The notes beneath the pieces were generated by a model, which saw nothing but the letters and a program-made list of their open reading frames with translations, ran no database searches and was not told the origin of the DNA. The position numbers and the translations under genes are program-made. Positions 56,614-64,000 of a DNA stretch of 64,000 nucleotides are shown in pieces (positions within the stretch are counted from its first letter, which is position 1; every line of letters starts with the position of its first letter). Source of the stretch: Firmicutes bacterium UBA6811 (GTDB taxonomy: Bacteria > Bacillota > SHA-98 > UBA4971); assembly GCA_002452295.1 (NCBI GenBank), contig DKEX01000001.1:29-64028 (forward strand), read 5' to 3'.

Positions 56614-57948
56614 ATGAAAGGCCCGGATCTTTGCGAGAAACTGGTGCGAAGTGCGCGGGCGAAGGGCGCTGACGAGGTGGAGGTATACTATCTCAGGACG
56701 CGCAAGCTCGAGGCGGTTTTCGAGAAGAACGACCTCCAGGTGCCGAAGGGCGATACCTATGAGGGCGTTGGAGTACGGGTGATCCGTGGCGGCAGGCAGG
56801 GCTTCGCAGCGACGAACATCCTCGCCGGCCACTCGGTGGAGGAGACCATCAACGCGGCGCTGGCCATAGCCGCGGCATCCCCCGAGGATCCCAACCACGT
56901 CCTCCCTGAGCCATCCGAAGCGAGGCCCGTGCCCGGGATATACGACGAGAAAGCGGAAGGCCTTGCCCTCGAGGACGCGCTCGAGCTCGGGCGCCGGTTC
57001 GTCGAGGCGGCAAGGGGTTACGACAGGCGGGTCACCATCGACTCCGCCAGCTTTGTTGTGCAGACTGGCGAACGCGCCGTCGCGAACTCGAAAGGCGTGC
57101 GCCTCGCGGAGCGGGGAAGCAACTTCTCGTGCGTGGGGATGGGGTTTGCCCGCGACGGAGACGACGTATCGTCGTTTGACGTGGAGTACTCGGGGTCGTG
57201 TGCGCTGGCTGACATCGACCCCGAGGCCAGCGGGCGACGTCTTGCGGAGAAGGTGGTGAAGTCGCTGGGCGCGACGACCGTCCCCAGCTTCAAGGGGTCG
57301 GCGATCATCACGCCCTACGCCGGCGGCGAGCTCATCGCAGGGCCCATAGCGTTCTCGGTGAGCGCCGACAGCGTCCAGAACGGGAGGTCCCGCTGGGAAG
57401 GAAAACTCGGGATGAGCGTGGCATCAGGGCTTCTATGCGTAACCGATGACCCGCGCATTCCCGGGGGCGTGGGATCGACTTCCTTCGACCGGGAGGGCGT
57501 GCCGCCTGAGCCCCTCGAGATCATCAAGGACGGGGTGCTGGGGCACTACCTCCACAACTGCTATACGGCTCGAAACGACGGGGTGCGGTCGAACGGGCGG
57601 GCGGTCGGGAGCGACCAGACAACCCCCGGTATCGGCACGACGAACCTTGTGGTTGCGCCAGGCACGGTGTCCTTCGACGACATGGTCCGGAGGGTCCCGA
57701 AGGGCCTCGTGGTCAACAGGTTTTCTGGCAACCTCGACCCCGTGAGCGGCGACTTCTCCGGCGTGGTCAAGGGCGGCCATTACATCGAGAACGGCGAGAT
57801 CGCAAAGCCTGTCAAGGAGGTGATGATCGCAGGCAACATCTACGAGCTATTCGCACACATTTCCGCCGTATCAAGAGAGGTAGTAACTATCGGCGACACG
57901 AGGTTGCCCTATGTCCAGCTCGAGGGGGTATCGATCACAGGTAAGTGA
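56614..57948 (+). CDS. pmbA: TldE/PmbA-family protein (partner of TldD).
   Basis: PmbA_TldD fold lacking the HExxxH motif. Adjacent to tldD. Confidence 0.75.
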   Translation: MKGPDLCEKLVRSARAKGADEVEVYYLRTRKLEAVFEKNDLQVPKGDTYEGVGVRVIRGGRQGFAATNILAGHSVEETINAALAIAAASPEDPNHVLPEPSEARPVPGIYDEKAEGLALEDALELGRRFVEAARGYDRRVTIDSASFVVQTGERAVANSKGVRLAERGSNFSCVGMGFARDGDDVSSFDVEYSGSCALADIDPEASGRRLAEKVVKSLGATTVPSFKGSAIITPYAGGELIAGPIAFSVSADSVQNGRSRWEGKLGMSVASGLLCVTDDPRIPGGVGSTSFDREGVPPEPLEIIKDGVLGHYLHNCYTARNDGVRSNGRAVGSDQTTPGIGTTNLVVAPGTVSFDDMVRRVPKGLVVNRFSGNLDPVSGDFSGVVKGGHYIENGEIAKPVKEVMIAGNIYELFAHISAVSREVVTIGDTRLPYVQLEGVSITGK

Positions 57949-58020
57949 GCGCGGCGGGGCGCTCGCCCCAGGATCGCGGGTGGATGGGGGACCGGATCCG
58001 ACGAGAGCGGAGGCGATCGC

Positions 58021-58881
58021 ATGGGATGCAATGGGCTACGGGAGATCCACGTATCGGATGTGACAGCCGCCGTCAAGAGGCTGTGCATCAGCGCGAACTG
58101 CAACGTTCCGCGCGAAACCATAAGCGCGCTGAAGCGCGCAGAGAAGGCTGAGGAGTCCCCGGTGGCCAGGGAGGTTCTCAAGCAGATTCTCGAGAACCAC
58201 CGGATAGCGAGGGAGGAAGGGGTCCCCGCGTGCCAGGACACCGGGGTGGCGATGGTCTTTCTCGAAGTGGGGCAGGACGTCCACCTCGTCGGCGGCGACC
58301 TCTACGCCGCCATCAACGAGGGAGTAAGGCAGGGCTACACCGAGGGCTATCTGCGGAAATCGCTGGTGGACGATCCCCTCTTCAAGAGGATGAACACCGG
58401 CGACAACACACCCGCCATGATCTACGTCGATGTGGTTCCGGGCACGAACGTCAAGCTGACGGTGGCACCCAAGGGCGGCGGCGCCGAGAACATGAGCGGC
58501 ATCGCCATGCTCACTCCAGCGGCCGGGGTGGAGGGGGTGAAGAGGTTCGTCGTGGAGCGCGTCCAGAAGGCCGGCTCCAACCCCTGTCCTCCGGTGGTGG
58601 TCGGGGTCGGGATCGGAGGGACGTTCGACCGGGTGGCGCTTCTCGCCAAGAAGGCGCTCCTCAGGCCCGTGGGGTCACACAACGCGGACCCGACGTATGC
58701 GAAGCTCGAGAAAGAGCTGCTGGCGGAGATCAACAAGCTCGGCATCGGGCCGCAGGGGTTCGGCGGCAGGGCCACAGCGCTCGCCGTCAATATCGAGTAT
58801 GCGCCGTGCCACATCGCGAGCATGCCCGTGGCGGTGAACCTCAACTGCCACGTGGGGCCGCATGAGAGCGTAGAGCTTTAG
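58021..58881 (+). CDS. Fe-S hydro-lyase, tartrate/fumarate subfamily, alpha subunit (class I fumarate hydratase N-terminal-type / L(+)-tartrate dehydratase alpha).
   Basis: ACQDTGVAMVFLEVGQDVH, KGGGAENMS and Cys ligands typical of FumA/TtdA. Confidence 0.75.
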   Translation: MGCNGLREIHVSDVTAAVKRLCISANCNVPRETISALKRAEKAEESPVAREVLKQILENHRIAREEGVPACQDTGVAMVFLEVGQDVHLVGGDLYAAINEGVRQGYTEGYLRKSLVDDPLFKRMNTGDNTPAMIYVDVVPGTNVKLTVAPKGGGAENMSGIAMLTPAAGVEGVKRFVVERVQKAGSNPCPPVVVGVGIGGTFDRVALLAKKALLRPVGSHNADPTYAKLEKELLAEINKLGIGPQGFGGRATALAVNIEYAPCHIASMPVAVNLNCHVGPHESVEL

Positions 58882-58962
58882 GGCGAGCGGTGGTGCAGAG
58901 CGTGTACAGGCAAGCGCAGCACTGCACGAGGAGGGCTACCAGGCTGAAGGAGGCATGACGAG

Positions 58963-59514
58963 TTGGTCATCGAGATCTCTACTCCGCTCACGGAAGAAAC
59001 CGTTGCCCGGCTCAAGGCCGGCGACAATGTGAGGATATCAGGAGTGCTTTACACCGCGCGGGATGCTGCGCACAAGCGGCTGGTGGCGCTGATCGCTGAG
59101 GGGAAGGAGCTTCCCATGGACATCCGGGGTCAGATCATATACTACGTCGGCCCCACCCCGGCGCGGCCTGGGATGCCCATCGGCTCTGCCGGGCCGACCA
59201 CCAGCTACAGGATGGACTCGTACGCCCCGCTTCTCATGGAGCATGGGCTCAAGGGTATGATCGGCAAGGGGAGCCGCTCTCAGGCCGTCAGGGACGCCAT
59301 GGTCAGGTTCAAGGCAGTGTACTTCGCCGCCATCGGCGGTGCTGGCGCGCTTCTCGCCAAGTGCGTGAAGGCATCGGAGATTGTGGCATACGAAGACCTC
59401 GGCCCCGAGGCTATCAGGAAGCTCACCGTGGAAGGCTTCACGGTTGTTGTGGTCAACGACATATACGGGACCGACCTTTACGAAGAGGGCGTGCGCAGGT
59501 ACAGAATCGGGTGA
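58963..59514 (+). CDS. Fe-S hydro-lyase beta subunit (FumB C-terminal-type / TtdB).
   Basis: YYVGPTPARPGMPIGSAGPTTSYRMD and KGMIGKGSRS swivel-domain motifs. TTG start. Confidence 0.7.
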   Translation: MVIEISTPLTEETVARLKAGDNVRISGVLYTARDAAHKRLVALIAEGKELPMDIRGQIIYYVGPTPARPGMPIGSAGPTTSYRMDSYAPLLMEHGLKGMIGKGSRSQAVRDAMVRFKAVYFAAIGGAGALLAKCVKASEIVAYEDLGPEAIRKLTVEGFTVVVVNDIYGTDLYEEGVRRYRIG

Positions 59515-60109
59515 CCTCCGGCGGCAGGAGCGGATGGGAGGTTAGGAGGCCGGGATTTGTCCGGGAGGTCTCTTTGAGTCAGAACGGGGCACCTCAAGAC
59601 GCCAGTGCGATGGTCGGTATCGTGGGAACAGCCGAGGCTGAAGCCTGAGATATCGTACGGGGGCCTCTCGCGTGCGGCAGGAACGCCCGGATGTCCCCGC
59701 CTGCCGCCGGCAGGCCGAAGTGAAGCGAAAGGCACGCAGGCCTCAGGGCCGGGTTGTAGCTCGGGAGAGGCCAGCGTCAGGAGTCAGTGCCAGATAGTAA
59801 CAGGCGAATACATCGTAAATATGTGCTATGATTCAGCAGGAAAGTGACCGGCTGCGTCGAAGAGGAGTGCAGACAGAGTTGCCGGACGACCAACGTCTGG
59901 TCGCCAGGCATCACGGGACCAGACACGTGGCGCGGGCTTACAAGAGGCATAGCAGCATCAGGGTCCGCGGCCGGACGGGCTGGGGTTGTGGCGGGGTCGC
60001 GGGTCTTAAGGCCCGGCAGGCCCGGTAGGCTTTCCAACGGCGAGCATGCGAAAGGCCTCGGAGGTAACGAAGTGGCGCCTATGGTGCAGAGCCCGCCTTC
60101 AGAGGAGGA

Positions 60110-60877
60110 TTGCCCGTGCCGGTGGTGGCAAGACCCATCTTCCTGCAGGTGAAGGATGAAATCGTCGCCATGATCGAAGCCGCGCATCAGCCGGGTGACC
60201 GGCTGCCGTCTGAGCAGGAACTGGCCACTAGGCTCGGCGTAAGCCGCTCGACGGTCCGGGAAGCCCTCAGGGTGCTCGAGAACCAGGGCATCATCGCTCG
60301 AAAGCATGGCGTAGGGTCGTTCGTGAGACGCCGCGCCGGGATGATACAGAGCGGCATCGAGGAGCTTTCGAGCATCACAGATCTCATTAGGCAACTGGGC
60401 ATGGAGCCTGGGACCACCTCCCTTGTAGTGAGGTCGGAGCGGGCGGACGCGCGGCTTGCGGAGCGGCTTGGGCTTGGTGACGACCTCGATATAGTCACCT
60501 TTGACCGGATAAGGACCGCGGACGGGCAGCCCGTCGTCTACGGAAGGGACAGAGTGCCAGCCAGGCTGATGCCCCGCCTGCTTTCGCCGGAGGAGTTTCT
60601 CACAAGGTATGCGGGTTCGCTCTTCAGGATGCTTGCCGCCCAGCGTATCCAGGTGGAGCTGGTTAGGGCTGACATCCGACCTGTCGGTGCCGATAGGGCG
60701 CTTTCGCGAAAGCTGGGGCTTACCGAGGGACAACCACTACTGCTTCTTGAGCAGGTCCACTATAGTGAGGACGGCGATGCTGTGGCGTTCGGCGAAGACT
60801 ACTTCCATCCGGATTTCTTCCACTTTTCAGTCATCAGGAGAGCCATGAGAACAGAAGGGGGCATTCGAACCTCATGA
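60110..60877 (+). CDS. GntR-family transcriptional regulator, HutC/FarR subfamily (wHTH plus UTRA effector domain).
   Basis: LPSEQELATRLGVSRSTVREALRVLENQGII HTH region. C-terminal UTRA-like region. Confidence 0.75.
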   Translation: MPVPVVARPIFLQVKDEIVAMIEAAHQPGDRLPSEQELATRLGVSRSTVREALRVLENQGIIARKHGVGSFVRRRAGMIQSGIEELSSITDLIRQLGMEPGTTSLVVRSERADARLAERLGLGDDLDIVTFDRIRTADGQPVVYGRDRVPARLMPRLLSPEEFLTRYAGSLFRMLAAQRIQVELVRADIRPVGADRALSRKLGLTEGQPLLLLEQVHYSEDGDAVAFGEDYFHPDFFHFSVIRRAMRTEGGIRTS

Positions 60878-62598
60878 ACGCTGTCGAGGTCCAGGGCCTG
60901 TCCTTTGCGTACAAGGGCAGCGAGCGCGAGGCCATCTCCGGGGTAGACCTCGCAATAAGCCCCGGGGAGTTCGTCGTTCTGATGGGCCCGAGTGGCGCCG
61001 GGAAATCTACGTTCTGCCTCACCTTGAACGGGCTCATCCCGAACTTCAAGAAAGGAAAATACTCGGGCGAGGTCAGAGTGTTCGGCGTACCTACCAAGAA
61101 GCACAAGGTCAGCGACCTCGCGAGGGACATCGTCCTCGTTTTCCAGGACTTCGAGACGCAGATCTTTTCCACTAACGTCGAGCTCGAGGTGGCCTTTGGT
61201 CCCGAGAACTTCGGCGTTGACCCCGACGAGATAGGGCGGCGCATCCACGCCACCCTCAAGAGGGTACGCCTGGATGGCTTCGAGGCGAGACAGCCCGCCA
61301 CGCTCTCCGGTGGCCAGAAGCAGCGGCTCGCCATCGCCTCGGCGCTGTCGATCCAGCCACGGATCATATGCATGGACGAGCCTACCACTGACCTGGACCC
61401 CATCGGCAAGTTCGACGTATTCCAGGTAGCCGACGAGCTCAGCCGGGAGAAGAACATGACCATGCTCATAGTGGAGCATGAGACCGAGGAGGCTCTCAAA
61501 GCCGACAGGATCGTCCTCATGCGTGACGGCCGGATCGTGGCAGAGGGGAAGGCGCGGGCCATCCTGGCGAGTCCCGCGCTGCTCGAAGAGTGTTCCGTCA
61601 AGCCCCTCGAGGTTGCGGAGTTCTTCGCATCCCTCGGGCCAGGGGCATCCCTCGATGGGGGCGAGCTTCCGCTCACCGTGGAGGAGGGCCTCTCTGCCTG
61701 GGAGAGGCTGGGCCTCGCCGCCGACAGGAGAAGGCTGGACTCCCTGGTGTCGGAGAAGACCCGGCAGCAGCAGGCGGGCTACGGCGACCCCGTGATTGAG
61801 GTCAGGAACCTCGTTCACCGCTACGAAAACGGGCTTGAGGCCTTGAGGGGCGTGGACCTCACCATCCGGCGAGGAGAGTTCGTCGCGGTGCTCGGCCAGA
61901 ACGGCAGCGGCAAGACGACGCTTGTCAAGCATTTCAATGGCCTGCTTGCACCCACCGGCGGCGAGGTCGTGGTGAACGCCAGGGACACGCGGGCCACCAG
62001 CATGTTCGAGCTGAGCAAGACGGTGGGCTACGTGTTCCAGAACCCGGACCACCAGATCTTCGCGCAGACCGTGTTTGACGAGGTCGCGTACGGGCCAAGG
62101 CTGTTCGGCGTGCCGGAGGGGGAGGTGAAGGCGCGGGTTGTCGATGCCCTCGAGGCCGTGGGGCTTACCGGGAGCGAAGAGGAAGATCCGTTCTCGCTCA
62201 CGAAGGGGCAACGCCAGCGCGTGGCCGTGGCATCGGTGCTTGCAGCGAAGCCTGAAGTCATCATCCTCGACGAGCCGACTACGGGCCTCGACTACAAGGA
62301 GCAAGAAAGCATGATGGACCTCACAAAAAGGCTGAACGAGATGGGCCACACGATCATTATTGTCACCCACAGCATGTGGGTGACGGCAGCATACGCCCAC
62401 CGTGCCGTAGTGCTCAAGGAGGGGCAGGTGGTGATGCACGGACCCGTGAGGGACGTGTTCGTCCGCGAGAAAGAGCTTGCCGACGTGTTCCTCAAGCCGC
62501 CGCAGATCGTGCGCTTCGGCGCCAGGCTCGGGCTTCCGGTTCTCACCGTGGATGAGCTCGTGGCATGCGTGGGACGGGAAGAGGGGGCAAGGAAGTGA
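60874..62598 (+). CDS. ecfA: Fused duplicated ECF-transporter ATPase (EcfA-EcfA').
   Basis: Two complete ABC cassettes (GPSGAGKST...LSGGQKQR...ICMDEPTTDLD and GQNGSGKTT...LTKGQRQR...IILDEPTTGLD). Confidence 0.8.
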   Translation: MNAVEVQGLSFAYKGSEREAISGVDLAISPGEFVVLMGPSGAGKSTFCLTLNGLIPNFKKGKYSGEVRVFGVPTKKHKVSDLARDIVLVFQDFETQIFSTNVELEVAFGPENFGVDPDEIGRRIHATLKRVRLDGFEARQPATLSGGQKQRLAIASALSIQPRIICMDEPTTDLDPIGKFDVFQVADELSREKNMTMLIVEHETEEALKADRIVLMRDGRIVAEGKARAILASPALLEECSVKPLEVAEFFASLGPGASLDGGELPLTVEEGLSAWERLGLAADRRRLDSLVSEKTRQQQAGYGDPVIEVRNLVHRYENGLEALRGVDLTIRRGEFVAVLGQNGSGKTTLVKHFNGLLAPTGGEVVVNARDTRATSMFELSKTVGYVFQNPDHQIFAQTVFDEVAYGPRLFGVPEGEVKARVVDALEAVGLTGSEEEDPFSLTKGQRQRVAVASVLAAKPEVIILDEPTTGLDYKEQESMMDLTKRLNEMGHTIIIVTHSMWVTAAYAHRAVVLKEGQVVMHGPVRDVFVREKELADVFLKPPQIVRFGARLGLPVLTVDELVACVGREEGARK

Positions 62599-63374
62599 AC
62601 CTGTACCTGTACCTTGACAAAGATACTCCGATCCACCGGATGGATCCCAGGGCCAAGCTGTTCGTGCTTCTCTTCTCATTTGCGCTGCCTCTGCTCAACC
62701 AGCACCCGCTCTGGGTTGCAGGGGCTTTCGCCGTCATCCTGGCATACGGCGCAGCGGCGAGATCTCTCGAGAACCTCAGGCGGATACGGCAGATCCTGTT
62801 CTTCATCTTCGTATTTTCGACCCTGGTCTGGACCTTTTTCGCGAAGGGGACAGACGTCCTCATCTGGCGGGTCTCGAGGCAATCCATCCTGTACGGCATC
62901 GGCACAGGCCTGAAGCTGGACGCCATGATCATCGCAGGAATGGTATTCCTGTCTACCACCAAGAATGAGGAGATCTCGCAAGGGCTCATATTGCTGGGCC
63001 TACCATATCCGATGGCGTTCGCGTTCTCGACGGCGCTTCGCCTCGTGCCGACATTCGTGGGAGCCGGCGCCACCATCGCCCAGGCGCAGAGATCCAGGGG
63101 CCTTGACATCGACTCGGGGTCCTTCATCGAGCGTGTACGGAAGTACATTCCACTTCTCGCGCCCATATTCCTCACCGCCATCAGGAGCAGCGACGGCCTT
63201 GCCATGGCGCTCGAGGGGAAGGGGTTCGGTGCGTCCACGAAACGCACGTTTTACCTGAGATTCAAATGGACCGCCCGGGAAACCGTTGTGGTGGGGCTGT
63301 TCCTCGCCCTGGTGTTGGCAAACACGTATCTCACGCTGACCGGGCGGACGCTTATCCGCGGCCTCATGAAGTGA
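62595..63374 (+). CDS. ecfT: ECF-transporter transmembrane T component (EcfT/CbiQ family).
   Basis: MDPRAKL start motif of CbiQ/EcfT, 5-6 TM helices, conserved ARG (AxRxxG)-like coupling helices (ALRLVP, AIRSSD). GTG at 62595 overlaps the ecfA stop. Confidence 0.75.
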   Translation: MNLYLYLDKDTPIHRMDPRAKLFVLLFSFALPLLNQHPLWVAGAFAVILAYGAAARSLENLRRIRQILFFIFVFSTLVWTFFAKGTDVLIWRVSRQSILYGIGTGLKLDAMIIAGMVFLSTTKNEEISQGLILLGLPYPMAFAFSTALRLVPTFVGAGATIAQAQRSRGLDIDSGSFIERVRKYIPLLAPIFLTAIRSSDGLAMALEGKGFGASTKRTFYLRFKWTARETVVVGLFLALVLANTYLTLTGRTLIRGLMK

Positions 63375-63470
63375 GCGGCCCGCGCGCTCGGTGTTCATGT
63401 GCTGCTGCTGCGGCGCAGGTTCAGGGTCGGCAGAGCGCGAGATCGGACCGCAAGAGGGGGAAATACGACA

Positions 63471-64000
<530 letters not shown>

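Noticed and set aside
59777-60733. 318-aa minus-strand ORF.
   Set aside because: Overlaps the GntR regulator gene on the opposite strand, with no homology.
60799-62679. 626-aa minus-strand ORF.
   Set aside because: Antisense to the fused ecfA gene, which has two complete Walker A/signature/Walker B sets on the plus strand.

Overview
This is a 64 kb chromosomal window of very high GC content (about 68-70%) with strong GGAGG ribosome-binding sites and Firmicutes-like gene content and order (ppdK, dnaG-sigA, spoIID, a Cheo-type LexA box). It is probably from a high-GC member of the Firmicutes or Clostridia (Symbiobacterium, Thermaerobacter or Limnochordia-like); taxonomy is not asserted. Most of the window is core housekeeping and metabolism.

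Housekeeping and RNA genes:
- ppdK 3' end, dnaG, sigA.
- tRNA-Asn and tRNA-Met under a canonical promoter.
- A DksA-like zinc finger, a COG1579 zinc-ribbon protein, RNase HI-like, and a type-A RNase P RNA.

Regulation, repair and transport:
- NikR.
- An SOS (LexA-box) imuB-dnaE2 mutasome pair.
- An Opp/Nik-type ABC transporter.
- cysE and cysK.
- spoIID.
- copA.

Metabolism and transport in the second half:
- A HgdCAB-like 2-hydroxyacyl-CoA dehydratase cluster.
- An ABC-2/GldG/DUF4340 module.
- tldD/tldE and a split class-I fumarate/tartrate hydratase.
- A GntR regulator, ecfAA'-ecfT, and the 5' end of mtnA.

The most unusual locus is at 36.9-43.5 kb. A TPR protein, a 1352-aa BrxC/PglY-like P-loop ATPase and a short 469-aa PglZ-domain protein are translationally chained to copA. 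There is no PglX methyltransferase or any other BREX component in the window. The locus abuts a decayed leuA-leuC'-leuB' operon with clear internal-deletion scars. This looks like a minimal, possibly undescribed BREX-related module, probably phage defense.

Other notable points:
- imuB appears +1 frameshifted before its conserved C-terminal domain.
- A class-III aminotransferase sits beside an RPH-like PEP-utilising enzyme.
- A 29-nt perfect alternating purine/pyrimidine tract lies in a divergent promoter.
- An AT-rich perfect palindrome lies upstream of a ComEC-like MBL hydrolase.
- No CRISPR arrays, transposases or integrases were recognised.
- Many long antisense ORFs in the six-frame track are GC-driven artefacts.
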